A stretch of 64,000 bases of DNA from the human T2T-CHM13v2.0 reference genome, Homo sapiens. The translations under genes and the position numbers were made by a program. Numbering within the stretch: position 1 is the stretch's first letter; the number at the start of each line of letters is the position of its first letter. The notes below the pieces were generated by a model. The model saw nothing but the letters and a program-made list of their open reading frames with translations, did no database searches and was not told where the DNA came from. This document shows positions 17,117-33,762 of the stretch, one piece after another. The stretch lies in the NCBI RefSeq assembly GCF_009914755.1, contig NC_060929.1; one strand, given 5' to 3'.

Positions 17117-17421
17117 GGCCGGACGTGGTGGCTCACGCCTATAATCCCAGCACTTTCGAAGGCCGAGATGGGTAGATCACTTGAGGTCAGGAGTTTGAGA
17201 CCAGCCTGGCCAACGTGGTAAAACCGCGTGTCTACCAAAAAAGTACAAAACTTAGCCAGACATGGTGGCGCATGCCTGTAATCCCAGCTTCTCAGGAGGC
17301 TGAGGCAGGAGAATTGCTTGAAACCAGGAGGCAGAGGTTACACTGAATTGAGATCGTGCCACTACGCTCCAGCCTGGGTGACAGAGTAAACTCTATCTCA
17401 AAAAATAAATAAATAAGTAAA
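17117..17421 (+). mobile_element. AluS
   Basis: TSD aaaatccac(g/a)agccag. Confidence 0.92.
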
Positions 17422-19494
17422 TAAAATCCACAAGCCAGGACCTCAAATGTTAACTGTTACTCGGGATCCATAGTTAAGTCACTCTTTGTTTGATGAATGA
17501 ATCTGGGGCGGGCCAACGGGAATCCCCAGAAGGAGGTTCTACAAACATTTCTAAAATCACAGTGGCTGGAGATCCCAATATTGAGGTGGAACAGACTCCT
17601 TTCCCCACTGACCAACTCACAGAGTTCCCCCGAGAGTTATACGACTCTCCTAGTATCCCCTATTGTGACCTTATCTATAAGAGGCCCTCCCCATAGGCAC
17701 TCATTTCCCTGGTACATGCTATGGAGATTCTAAGTTGTTTACTCCATTCATAGTTCTTCAAAGATGCTCCAAACAGGAGTTTAAATCCTCTGCTATAAAG
17801 ATGGAAAATAGCATCAAAAATGAATATTAAGTGCTCCTATATAAATCCTGAGGCCTGCCTATGTAAAGAACACACAGCACCAACAGGGGCCAGTACCTAT
17901 TTGCACACAAGTCCCTCACCCCCTACTCTTGCTTCAGCCTGAGACACTGATAACACACATGAAGAATGAGACTTAACAACTGCCTGTCAGTCCTGATTTC
18001 TTTATTAGCAAACAGCTGCTTCCAAAAAGAACACTGACTTCAGGCATCTGCTACGACGCTGGTCTCTCAAATATCACTCCATACCCAAGCCACATTATTT
18101 GTAACATTCTAGAAAAAGATTTCAAGTGCCTGATGACTTTTTTCTGCCTCTCTTTAATTCACATGTCAGGGACTGCAATATTTGAAAGCTTTTAAATATA
18201 CACCTCCCAACACACATACACGCCCATGCTCGCAGCAATGAAAATGTTCAAAGTGATATAAGGCAAGAACTTTTACTCATTAGGTTAAAATCAGGAAACA
18301 ATAACTCCCAGTGTAACTCCAACCCAGAACCCCTAGTCCAAAGCTTTCTGTGTATTGTGACCATCACTAGCATTGTTTTCATTAAAAAGGATTTCACACA
18401 CCTGTTTCCCAATCAAAATTGTCTATTTAGTAAGAATGAAATTGAGATTATGCAACATTATCAAATTAATATAAACTGTCAGCAGGATTAATATGTACCC
18501 TTTTGGCTTCCACAGGCCATCCAGAACATATTTTTTCACTCCAGCGTGCAGTTTCTTTGACTTAGCATCTCACTGTGGGTCTCTTTACCCTTTCGTTTGA
18601 AAGTACTACAAAAGCCCTTTGTTGACACAGTGCTTTATGATCAAATACACAGTTCAGCTCCTGTAGTCCAAAGTTCTTCTCCAACAGGTGTGAAGAACTG
18701 CTGATAAGCAACTTTTACAAAATCCAGCCCAGATTTCAAATCCACAGCCCATTGGCCAGTTTTCCTAGGTCTATCACAAACAGCTGTCTTCCACAGGTGG
18801 GAAGGGAAATGCATTCAAAACACCCCCTTTGTTCTTTGAAAAAGTATTAACTGGCAATTTTCATAGAATCGGAATTGCAAAGTTAAACTGCTGAAATAGG
18901 TATTTTTTACATAGATTGTTCCTGGTGCTTTCTCTGAGACCCCAATCTTTCTACTTCCACTCTATTAGAACACATGTGCCCAGGTCCGAAAGAGGCCACC
19001 CACAAGCATTTGAAAACGAAGTCACAGGCAGACATTTACCAGACCATCTAAGTTGGAGTGGGAAAGAAAAATTTGCCCACCGTATGCAAACTATTACATT
19101 CAGTCATTGTTAAATAAGGCTGATAATTTAATACATTATATAGGCAACCTAGCATATGGAAAAGGCTATTTGATTAAAAAATTGCCTTTATAAGCAGGTG
19201 GAACAAGTTTGATCATAACATACACATTTTATTAAAACGTGGACAAGTTTGCATCTTAATTTCTGAGACAAATATGTGAGTGTTAATATAATGGCTAAAA
19301 ATTTTTCTGTACATAATCACCAGAAATGTTTCTGCAATATAAAGCACTTATACATAAATTCCTATCCCCCTTTGAACTTTAAAGCAATCCTATAAGACAA
19401 AGAGGCAATACCGTCCCTTTCTTCAAACGTAAGGTTCACAGAGGTTCCATTTTCTACTGCCAACAATGATTTCCTGGATATAATAAAAGGGGCT

Positions 19495-20429
<935 letters not shown>

Positions 20430-21324
20430 ATCATTTTTAAAAAATTGTTTTCCCAGCCTACGTATTTCTCAAATGCACATGAACATTCTTAACCATTCCA
20501 CAGTAGGAAAGCCCAATCACATTTCTGTAACTGAGCAACAGAGGTGTTGAGAAACATATCAAAACCACCACAATCCCATAATGATGAAATTCAAGGGCCA
20601 TGTTGAATTCATTAAGTCTCTGCTCTCCAGTAACATAGACTAGAGGGGCTAACAGACCACGCAGGAGACTTGCCCAAGCTAATCTAAGGATGAGGTTGTG
20701 ATGGATTGTACCATGGTGTCATTGTGGACAATTATCCCCTTCCCTGGAAGAAAATCATAAAACCCTGGCCAACGGCCTCCTGCTTGGTGATACCTCCCCA
20801 TCTGGCCCATTCATCACCTATTATCTATGACTCCTTCCCACTCCAATGGCAAAGTGAAGCTGCTGCACAAGGCCTAAAATATTGACACACAAAGTTGCTG
20901 ACCTCTGCTTTAAGATAAAGAGGATAGTATCACCATCACAAATTTTAACCTCCTGTTGCCCTTTTAAAAACTATTACATTTCTCTTCTGATTTCAAAAAT
21001 GATTTTCTTTCCTGAACTCTGATTGAAAAAATAAGTTTAAAAATAAGTTAGAGAAACAACCCTAAAAAGAGATGACAGTGGACTTTAAATACCATTCTGT
21101 ACAGCATGTTCTAATTACAGGTTCACGAAAAAGAGAACATTCTTTAGCCAAACATACAACTTAGTCTCAGCCCCGGAACAGGGCACTGTGCCTGCTCATC
21201 TCCCACAGCTGTTTCTCTCGCCTATGTTAAGTACCTCAGTTCAGCATTCTCTGGCCACCTACATGACAAACTCAAAATTTGCTCTTGAAATGTGATCTGC
21301 TTTTTCCTTTTTAAAGATGCAGAG

Positions 21325-21623
21325 GGCTGGCACAGTGCCTCATGCCTGTAATCCCAGCACTCTGGGAGACCGAGGCAGGCGGATTACCCGAGCCCAAAAG
21401 TTTGAGACCAGCCTGGGCATCCTGGAGAGACCCTGTCTCTTATTTTAAAAATGCAAAAAATAAGCCAGGCGTGGTGGTGCATGCCTGTGGTCTCAGCTAC
21501 TTGGGAGGCTGAGGTGGGAGGATCACCTGAGGCTGGGAAGTAAAGGGTACTGTGAGCCATGATTGCACCACCTCACTCCAGCCTGGGAGACTCTGTCTCC
21601 AAAAAATAAAAATAAAAAATAAA
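21325..21623 (+). mobile_element. AluJ-like
   Basis: Diverged Alu dimer. Confidence 0.88.
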
Positions 21624-22001
21624 AAGACACAGAGGTCAAATAACTTTGTAATGCATAAGATAAATTAATATGGCTATTTAAATCTGCAGTAAATTCAACA
21701 GCCAAAAGAAAGTTTTCCTCTTTTTGCCTGCAATGACTCAGTGAAGAAGTCACCTGGTTTAGGAGATCTCTAATGTAGGGCCTAGGGAGTGGGGATATTG
21801 GTTCTTGATGAACTGCAGAAATGGGTTGTGAGCACCAAGGACTTAAGCAGCACTTTTTCTCCTGTTTTCGTCTTTTTTTTTTTTTCCTTCTGTTGGAAGT
21901 AGGAGTTATCTTTCCAACTTACCAGATGCTTTTTTTTTCTGATTCTTATTACTCAAAGACACATCAAAGCACACGTGGCTTTTATAACATGAAGTTGTAA
22001 T

Positions 22002-22090
22002 ACAAGTTTCTCCACCTCGGTGCTATTGACATTGTGGACTAGATGATTCTTTGTTGGGGACTGCAGGATCATTCTAGTTGAGAATCACTA
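22002..22090 (-). mobile_element. MER20 with internal deletion
   Basis: tttctccacctcggtgctattgacatt ... gttgagaatcact termini. Confidence 0.6.
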
Positions 22091-22450
22091 TTCTAGAGTA
22101 ATACAGTGTTCTAGAGCCATGGCCAAACTGAACGTGTTTACAAAACCATTCACTGTCAGTGACCTAGTTAATTGAAAGCAGACTCTGTTGTCTAAATCCC
22201 ATGAACTTCAAAAATCCCAACAGATAAAGTATCGCTGGGGCAGACCTAATTTCTGGTATCATTAAAACCGGGTACACAGAGAATAGAGAAAGCAGCCTCT
22301 GCAGTCTAATTCAAATCCTTTGACAAACATAAGGAAAAGAGGAGCAGAGGCCGACAGGTGGGCAGTGGTGCTAGAAGAACACTCTTCCTCCTCTCTGTCC
22401 ACTCTGCTTTTTTTTTTTTTTAAGGGAGAGCCGACTTTTAATGCAGATTA

Positions 22451-22907
<457 letters not shown>

Positions 22908-23864
22908 CGGCGGGGGTTGGGGGGTGGTGGCATCATCACAGGTATAAAATGAGTATGACAAACGCAGCGCTAACGCGAGCCACAAGGATGAGGGAGCACT
23001 GTGAGCTGGGGCACAACCCTAAGATTCAGAAATGAAGGGGAAGGTGAAATCTAAGACTTCTCCCCTGCAGAGACAGCCACCCTCAGCAGGGGACCTGAAG
23101 TGGTAGCAGCCAGTCCCCAAGCATCCCTGGACACCCAGGCATCCCCCATAGCAGTCGGTGGCCTTCATAGGTCCTTGCCACAGAGTACTCAAACAGAGTA
23201 GGGCACCCACGACAGCTAAATGAGTCCCTCTGACTCAATTCCTTGTCTTGAGACTACAGGGTTTTAAACCCGAAGCTGGCAATCATTTCTGAAGAACTGC
23301 ATCCAATTCTACAGAGGAAAGCTTCAGTTCAGCCACGGCCATGTAGGCCCTGAAAGGAACACAGGCGGTTTTTAGGCTCAGGTCAAAGGATGCGGAGCTG
23401 AAGGAGATGGCAAGTCAAAGCTCCACCCTGACCAACTACAGAGGAAGGAAAAGTAATAAAGTGAGTCTCAAGAGAGAAACTTGGTGAGCACATAGTTGAT
23501 AAAGTTGGAAATGTGTGGTTTGAGAGTCCCGAGTTTGTAATATTTTTCTTTGGGCTGGAGAACAATTATAGACGTTTGTTCTCTATATAGGCAACCGCAA
23601 GAACAACTGTCCCGTGCCCATCAGAGAGCTAATCCCAGGGGAAAATGTGTTCCTGACATTGTGCTTCAGAATTCCGACATAATTTCTTCTCAAAGGCGCT
23701 GCCAGAAGTGTTGGGTAACTCCCCAGACTGGCCTATTGCTGAAATGCTCTACATTTTTTGAAGGAATATATTTCAGCTATTTATAGCTTTCAGCTACATC
23801 ATCATCGTCATCATCATTTCTCAAGCTTGCCTATGGGCTAAAAGATCATTTGTAACACTACTGC

Positions 23865-24184
23865 GGCTGGGCACAGTGGCTCCTGACTGTAATCCCAGCA
23901 CTCTGGGAGGCTGAGGAAGGCGGATCACTTGAGATCAGGAGTTTGACACCATCCTGGTCAACGTGGTGAAACCCCGCCTCTACTAAAAATACCAAAATTA
24001 GCTGGATGTGGTGGCACGGGCTTGTAATCTCAGCTACTTGGGAGTCTGAAGCATGAGAATCGCTTGAACCAGGGAGGCAGAGGTTCCAGTGAGCCAAGAT
24101 CGTGCCACTGCACTCCAGCATGGTTGCCAGAGCGAGACTCCATCTCCAAAAAAAAAAAAAAAAAACAAAGCAAAAACAAAAAAA
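23865..24184 (+). mobile_element. AluS
   Basis: Consensus match; TSD aacacta(c/t)tgc. Confidence 0.9.
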
Positions 24185-24702
24185 CACTATTGCCACTGAA
24201 GACCACAGTGTTCCAAATACTAATAAACACACCTAAAAAAAACACAGTAGGGTTGTAAACTGAGGCCTGCCTGTGCTCATTACCATAAAGTTCACAGACC
24301 AATTTGTCCCATGTTTTTGGTCCTTCCCAGCTCTCTAGTGCACCGGATGGGAAGGATCGAATAGCACCCACATTCCTTCCCCTTATCCTGCCCACAGTGT
24401 CAAACTCTGTCACCACTAGGAATAGCAGCTTTCATCCAGAGGATAACATGAAAAGTTTACGATAGTAAGAGGTGGAGAGGAAAAGAAAGCGGTAAAAGGT
24501 ATCACCAACAATACACTAATCTTTGGTCAATGTTCCAAAGGAAAAGATACAAAGATTCACCGCCATCCCACACTTCCAATCAAAATCAAAACCAAAATGA
24601 ACTATGCTAAATGGCAGGATGCCTCAATTATAAATGTGTGATTCTGTAAAGAGTTTATTCCCATAGTTATGGGTTCCAACTTGCCAACTGATTGAGTCCT
24701 GA

Positions 24703-25005
24703 GTTTTATTATTATTATTATTTTTAGATGGAGTCTAGCTCCGCCGCCCAGGCTGGAATGCAGTGGCATGATCTCGGCTTACTGAAATCTCTGCCTTCTG
24801 GGTTCAAGTGATTCTCCTACCTCAGCCTCCCAAGTAGCTGGGGCTACAGGTGCGCACCACCACACTGGGCTAATTTTTGTATTTTTAGTAGAGACTGGGT
24901 TTCACCATGTTGGCCAGGCTGGTATCAAACGCCTGACCTCAGGTGATCCACCCACCTCAGCCTCCCAAAGTGCTGGGATTACAGACGTGAGCCACCATGT
25001 CTGGC
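24703..25005 (-). mobile_element. AluS
   Basis: Reverse consensus; TSD agtcctgagtttt. Confidence 0.9.
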
Positions 25006-25462
25006 CTCAGTCCTGAGTTTTATAATCTGATTTCCCCCACCTTCCTCACAATTCCTTAAAACACCTTTTCAGTTAATCTTTTAAACTACAGTGACCAGAA
25101 ATAGTCCCAGAAACAATTTTTAACACTAAAAGAAATGAGACATCTCCAAATTGCTGAGAGTACCTCAAACATTGTAGGAATGTGACGATACAACAAATAA
25201 AAGTCAAATTTTTCCATCTATTAGTTAACCATCATTATGTAGCCAACACATATATGTTTATTAGAAAGTGGACCTAAAGAATCAGCCAACATGCCTAAAA
25301 TAATTCATCCATCTGTAAATCGTTCCACCCACTCACCCATTCTTCCATCCCTCATACTTCCACAAGTCCATCCTTCCACCAAATATCTCCTAACACCCCC
25401 TCCCCAATCATATACCAGGCACTAGGAAAGAGTGGACGGCATGTAAAATAATTCTAGCTCTA

Positions 25463-25975
25463 GGCTGGGCATAGTGACTCACACCTGTAATCTCAACACT
25501 TTGGGAGTCCAAGGTGGGAGGATTACTTGAGCCTCAGAGTTCAAGACCACCCTAGGCAAGATGGTGAGACTTCATCTCTACAACATTTTTTTTAATTAAA
25601 AAATTACTCAAGACCAGCCTGACAAACATGGAGAAACCCCATCTCTACTAAAAATACAAAATTAGCTGGGTGTGGTGGTGCATGCCTGTAATCCCAGCTA
25701 CTCAGGAGGCTGAGGCAGGAGAACTACTTGAACCCAGGAGGGAGAGGTTGTGGTGAGCCGAAATTGCGCCACTGCACTCCAGCCTGAACAACAAGAGCGA
25801 GACTCCGTCTCAAAAGGAAAAAAAAAATAGCCAGAGATACTCCCATAGTTGGGAGGCTAAGGCAGGAGGATCCCTTGAGCCCAGATGTTCGAGGATACAG
25901 TGAGCTCTGATCGTGCTACTGCACTCCAGCCTGAACAAGATAAGCCAAGACCCCCATCTCTTAAAAAAAAAAAGT
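25463..25975 (+). mobile_element. AluJ with a 5'-truncated AluSp-like element (~25606-25828) inserted in its central A-rich linker
   Basis: J left arm, then a Sp-type segment with its own poly(A), then J right arm. Confidence 0.8.
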
Positions 25976-26100
25976 AAAATTTGAATTAAATAAAATAGTT
26001 CTGGCTCTAAAAAGCACAGAGGTAAACTATGCCCACTCTAATGCCCTTCCTATCTGTTCTCTCTGTTCCATAGGGAATAATTACATAATATAAACAATAG

Positions 26101-26619
<519 letters not shown>

Positions 26620-26620
<1 letters not shown>

Positions 26621-26790
26621 AGAAAGACAGAAAGACTGACAGAAAGAAGGAAGGAAAGGAAAGGAAAGAAGGAAGGGGAAGGGAAGAAAAGAAAGAAGGA
26701 AGGAAGGAAGGAAGGAAGGAAGGAAGGAAGGAAGGAAGGAAGGAAGGGCGGACGAAAGGAAGGAAAGGAAGGAAAGAAAGAAAGAAAACA
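26620..26790. repeat. Purine-rich Alu-tail microsatellite containing (GGAA)12 at 26698-26745
   Basis: Directly counted. Confidence 0.95.
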
Positions 26791-27759
26791 GCAGAACAAG
26801 CCAAGAAAGACAAGTAAGTAAATGGAGCTAGGAGACACAGATTTTATAAAATGTATAAAACTGTCCCACTAAGAACTCTCAAAAACTAGTGGGAAATCCT
26901 GTTTTTAAAGCACACAAAACAAAACAGCTGGTTTAAGAACTGCATTCCACTCCTCTTGGTGGAAGCAGTAGGAGGTACAGGACAGAAAGGGCAATAAAAG
27001 ACCAGCACAAGATGTTTACACTCTGCGTGAAATCTGATACCAGACATCCTTACCTCCCATTTCCCAGTTTATTGTCCTTTCCTCCTCTTGATAAGAATCA
27101 TTTTTGTGGGGAGAGGGGGAGAGAAATGCCTACAAATAAACAAACTGATAAGATTTTCTTAATGGAATCCCAGTTGTGTTCTGGCTACCATCTGTTTTCA
27201 GAAAAAATACACAAGTATGCTCAGAACAGGAGTTTGTTGTTACTTCATAAAAATGAACGACCCAAGAACACAGTGGGAAGAAAATAAACTTAAAACAGCC
27301 ATTTGTCATTTCTGTTTCATACATATTAATTAATTCCTTTGCAGATTTCTATCACATATCGAAAACAAATTTTTTTTCACAAAATCATACTTCCTGGATT
27401 AAAAGGTACATAAAAGATAACCTAGTCCAATCAAAATGACACATAATGTGTTGGCAAGAATGTGGAGAAACTAGAACCCTCGTGCACTGCTGCTAAGAAT
27501 GTGAAATGATGCAGCTGCTGTGGAAAACAGTTTGGCAGTTCCTCAAAAAGTAAAATATAGAGTTAACCATATGACCCAGAAATTCCACTGCTAGGTAAAT
27601 ACCCCAGAGACGTGAAAACATATGTCCACACGAAAACTTGTACACAAATGTTCATAGCAGCATTATGTGCAATAGCCTGAAAGCAGAAACAACCCTCATG
27701 TTCATCAACTAGTGAATGGATTTTTTTTTAATGTGGTCTATTCATACAATGGAATATTA

Positions 27760-28188
<429 letters not shown>

Positions 28189-28212
28189 TTAAATCCATAG
28201 AGACAGAAAGTT

Positions 28213-28605
28213 GGTCAGGCACGGTGGCTCACATCTGTAATCCCAGTACTTTGGGAGGCCGATACAGGCGGATCACATGAGGTCAGGTGTTAGAGACCGG
28301 CCTGACTAACGTGGTGAAACCCAGTCTCCACTAAAACATAACATTAGAAAATTAGCCAGGCGCGGTAGCAGGTGCCTGTAATCCCAGCTACTTGAGGCTG
28401 AGGCAGGAGAATTGCTTGAACTCTTGAACTCAGGAGGCAGAGGTTGCAGGAAGTCAAGATTGTGCCATTGCACTCCAGCCTGGATGACAGAGTGAGACTC
28501 CGTCTTGAAAGAGAGAGAAAAGGAGAAGAGAAAAGGAAGGAAGGAAGGAAGGAGAGAGAGAGGAAGGAGGAAGGAGGGGCAGGCGGAGGGGAGAGGAGAA
28601 AAGAA
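28213..28605 (+). mobile_element. AluS within L1, with GA-rich expanded tail
   Basis: Consensus match; tail 28507-28605. Confidence 0.88.
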
Positions 28606-29530
28606 AGCTCACTGGTGGTTGCCCGGGGCTGGGAGGAGGGGAGAATGGAGAGTGGCTGCTAACAGGTACGGAGTTTTGTGGGGGGTTTTCTGGAGTAGGA
28701 AAATGTGATAAAATTAGATAGTGATGATGGTTGTACAATCTTGTGAAGATACTAAAAACCACTGAATTATATACTTTAAATGGGTGAATGTCATGATGTG
28801 TGAATTATATCACAAATTAAAAGAGACAGGGAGGGAGAGACAACTATGCAGACAAATAGGTAGACTCACACCTGACCTCATTCACTCCCTGGAATCCGTT
28901 ATCCCAACCACCATCTTCATTCTTGACCCTCCTTATTACATATGCAAGAAGGTCCTCTTTTCAGTTTGCACTAGTTTTTGTGGAGTTTCCATTATTTGCA
29001 AGTAAAGGAATATCAGCTCTCATTTTCATCACACACAAATGTTACAGGTTTCAGAAAACATCTAGAAAGCAGTTCACAAGCGAGACCTGTACAAATGTCT
29101 CTAATTTTTATATACTTTCTCTAGAACACCAAAACAAGTTATTTCAGTGCTTTGACTAGTATTTACATCATATTTATATCATTTGTATTATGGGAGGCAG
29201 AAATGGATTTTACTTGCTGTGGAATCCTCAGCACCTAGAACAGGGCCAGACTTATTGCTCCGTTGAATGGTAAATGCATCTACAGAAACCATGCTACCAA
29301 GAGAGAGAGGCAGGGCTGCTGGAAGGTTTCAGTATGAGGTTACAGAAATGGCACTGGGTGCTCCCCTAGAAGACAGGGACTCAAGCTCCAGCTCTTCTAC
29401 CCATAGCTCAGCACAGTTATTCATTACTTGAGATCTCTCTGCACAAAATGAGTTGACACCTAGCTTGTCTGATACATAACACAAAAAGATCACATGAGAC
29501 GGCTAACCAAAATGCTTCAAGCCATGGGGT

Positions 29531-29836
29531 TGCCGGGCACGGTGGCTCACGACTGTAATCCCAGCATTGTGGGAGGCTAAGGAAGGCAGGTCACTTGAAC
29601 TCAGGAGTTCAGGATCAGCCTGGGCAACATGGTGAGACCCCCGTCACTACAAAAAAATTCAAAAATTAGCTGGGCATGATGGCATGCGCCTATAGTCCAA
29701 GCTACTTGGAAGGTGGAGGTGAGAGAGTCTCCTGAACCAAGGAGGCGGAAGTTACAGTGAGCCAAGACTGCGCCACTGCACTCCAGCCTGGGTGACAGAG
29801 CAAGAGCCTATCTCAAACACAAACAAACAAACAAAA
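29531..29836 (+). mobile_element. AluJ-like
   Basis: Diverged dimer with (caaa)n tail. Confidence 0.88.
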
Positions 29837-30085
29837 GATGCCATAGGTCTTCAACCCAACAAAGCAGTACCTGTATTTGGGGTCTTGCTGCTGGCACCTT
29901 ACTGGGTCACATCCAGATGGCTTTCAGCCCTCATATTGCTTTAATTTAACTTTCCTCTCAAGGCCTTGCTACAGAACCAAAGAATGCACAGGCCTCGTTC
30001 AACCAACGCACCACAGTTTCTCCAAACCAACAACATTACCAGCCCAGCTACTTTCCAGACACAAAACATTGAAAAAGAACTTACA

Positions 30086-30413
<328 letters not shown>

Positions 30414-30533
30414 CTACCCCCAACAGAAAAGCGATAAGGAGGCTGAAGAGGATGAGAAACACTTAAATGACATAAATGCCTCTTTGGTCCTCTTGACACT
30501 AAGATTTTGTCTATAGAAAATTATTTCTCTCCT

Positions 30534-30991
<458 letters not shown>

Positions 30992-31184
30992 CTAGCCCTA
31001 GTTATATCCCTCCGTCACTGTTACGTGCTGAAATTGGAGGGGACTCTTCTCCAAGGACACAGCCTCTCCCCAGCAGTGGGTGGGCACCAGGCAGCGAGGA
31101 GTGAGGGTACCCAGAGTGTGTGACAAGCCAGCCAGGCAGTGGAGTGCAGTGGGCTTAGTGGTGGCATTGTCATTAAGTTGTTAA

Positions 31185-31530
31185 GTAAACTTTTCATTTT
31201 AGAATAGTTTGCAAAGATAATACAGGGAGTCCCTGTACACCTCTCACTCTGGTTCCTGTTCTTATATCTTACATAATGTGGACATTTATCACACTAAGGA
31301 ACCGACATTGGCACCTTACCATGAACTCAATGCCACACTTCATTCAGAGTTCTCCAGTTTCCACCCAAAGTCCTTTTTCCGTCCCAGGACCCCTTCTGGG
31401 ACATTGGATGTAATCGTCATGCTCCTTCTTTGATAGCCTTGACAGTTTTGAGAAATGCTGGTCAGGTATTCTGTGAAACATCCCTCCTCTGTGGGCTGTC
31501 TGAAGTTTTTTTTCCTGGCTAGACCGAAGG
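31185..31530 (-). mobile_element. L1MC-like 3' end fragment
   Basis: ttagaatagtttgcaaagataatacagggagtccc ... gacagttttgagaaatgctggtcaggtatt. Confidence 0.7.
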
Positions 31531-31559
31531 ATAGTGGTTTTTGATAATGGCTCTATCCA

Positions 31560-31760
31560 GGGGGCCAAACCGCCTGGACAGGAACCCTGGCTTTACCACA
31601 TCTTAGCCATGTGGCCTTGGACAAATGAACCTCCACGGGCCTTCATTTCCTCATCGAATGTAGAGGAAAAGCAAATACAATCTACCTCCCAGGAACTGTG
31701 GGGATTAAAGAGGCTAACTCTGAGAAAGAAGGTGAGTGGATAATCAGAAATGCTTCATGG
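31560..31760 (+). mobile_element. MIR
   Basis: ccctggctttaccacatcttagccatgtggccttggacaaat. Confidence 0.65.
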
Positions 31761-32917
31761 AAAGCAGAGGTGGCCACTGACGCATTTAACAACACAGATA
31801 TTGTGCCAGAGATCCAGCGCAAAGATTAGTAAGGGACACGCCTCATTCCCAGATGCCTGCAGTCCAATGGGGATGAAGTGCAAACAGATCATTGAAACTT
31901 GACACCAGGAGGACTAATGTGGGGATACACAGAGGACTGGAGCCTGCGGTGTTGGAGGGGAAGCCAGACTGCTGAGGGATGAATAGGAGAAGCCCCCACG
32001 GAGTAGAGGGAGGAAGCCCCATGTTGAAAGGTCCAATTTTCTGCAAATTAGCCAAGTGCCAGTGTAGACTAAGACACACTGTAAATTGGCTTATGCAGCG
32101 CTACTTAATCACCCTCCATAAACTATTAACAGCTCTACACAATGAAACAATGAAGACATTCACCTTTGTCCAGCACAAGAAAAAACAGTCTCAGACTAAC
32201 CCGCCAAGCTCTACAAACCACTAAGGACTAAAATCACCTCCACCCTTACCAATAAAATGTGGGCAAAATTACTGTTTTACAATGCAGTATACTCTTTTCA
32301 AATTATGTTTTAAAAGAACCACACAGTAGACAAGTCATTTTGAAGGATCCATTTTTAATTCTTTCTCAGTTTGAAAGGCCTTCAGTCACTCAAAATTTGG
32401 AAATTCCCAAGATCTCCCTCAGGGGAATCAAGGGGTGGGACAAAGCAGTGGCAGGGGGGCTGCAGTGAAGACCCTGCTGCAGTGAATGGAGAATGGGCCG
32501 AGCCCAGGAGGCTGATGTCTGAGGTCTGTCCATCAAATACAGCCATGTCCTGGTGAGGCAGCTCACCGGAGGCTCTGAGGCCCGAAGCCAAGGAAGGAAA
32601 GTTCCTCCTAGTTCCTACTGGCTCCTCATCAGCTTCTCCACTACCCCTGGATGACACGCCCCATCTAGACCAGAACAAAGGCCCTCTGCTTCCCCTATCT
32701 CGTTCCCAGGAAGCCTCTCACCTCCTGAGGACCAATGGTAAGAACACCCAACAGGCTCAACCCAACAAGAGCTCCTTCCCCAGCAGGACACTGAGACACC
32801 CAAAGGAATTTCCTAGGGGTGGATTCCAGCATCCCCATCCATCCATCTCCCTCCCACCCCATCCATCCTTCCCAAATACTCTGGCCATGATGTAAGCTGC
32901 CCCCTCCCCAACACCAC

Positions 32918-32918
<1 letters not shown>

Positions 32919-32952
<34 letters not shown>
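32919..32952. repeat. (CA)n microsatellite
   Basis: Directly visible. Confidence 0.95.
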
Positions 32953-32956
<4 letters not shown>

Positions 32957-33334
32957 CCACCTGGTAAAAAGCCAAACTCCTGGCTAGAAGCAAGGACATG
33001 CGTGCAATAAACTTGCAAAACCCCCAGTGGTAAAGCCTTAATGCAAGGGGGGCCCTGCCGCACAGCAGGGCGGGGGCAGGGAGGAGCAGGGCAGGAGCTC
33101 CCCTGGGAAGCCAGCATGCTGCTCCTCAACCGGACTGCAGACGACAGCCCCAGCTCCTGCCCTCTCCGCCTCAACACTCCTGGCCTCGCTTCTGCTCTCT
33201 GAAAAATGGAGTCCTTCTCTCCTTCTTAAGCCTCATGGAAGGAAGGAAACTACAAGCAGAGTAATCTCAGGACTCAGAAGGCACAATCAGCAGTAGCCAG
33301 GCAAGCTCCCAATAAGCTCTCAGGTGTTTAGGTG

Positions 33335-33762
33335 ATATGGCTCAAGCCTGTAATCCCAGCAGTTTGGGAGGCAGGGGTGGGAGGATTGCTTAAACCCAGG
33401 AATTCAAGACCAGCCTGGACAATACTGTGAGACCTTATCTCTATATTTAAAGAAATGGTCTTGGCCAGGCACGGTGGCTCATGCCTGTAATCCCAGCACT
33501 TTGGGAGGCCTAGGTGGGTGGATCAACGGAGGTCAGGAGTTGGAGACCAGCCTGGCCAACACGGTGAAACCCTGTCTCTACTAAAAATACAAAAATTAGC
33601 TGGGCATGGTAGCACATGCCTGTAATCACACCTACACAGGAGGCTGAGGCAGAACTGCTTGAACCCAGGAGGCAGAGGCTGCAGTGAGCCGAGATCGTGC
33701 CACTGTGCTCCAGCCTGGGCAACAAAGCAAGGCTCCATCTCAAAAAAAAGAAAAGAAAAAGG
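33335..33762 (+). mobile_element. FLAM/Alu left monomer (33335-33452) followed by AluS (33463-33762)
   Basis: Consensus matches; TSD aagaaatggtct. Confidence 0.85.
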
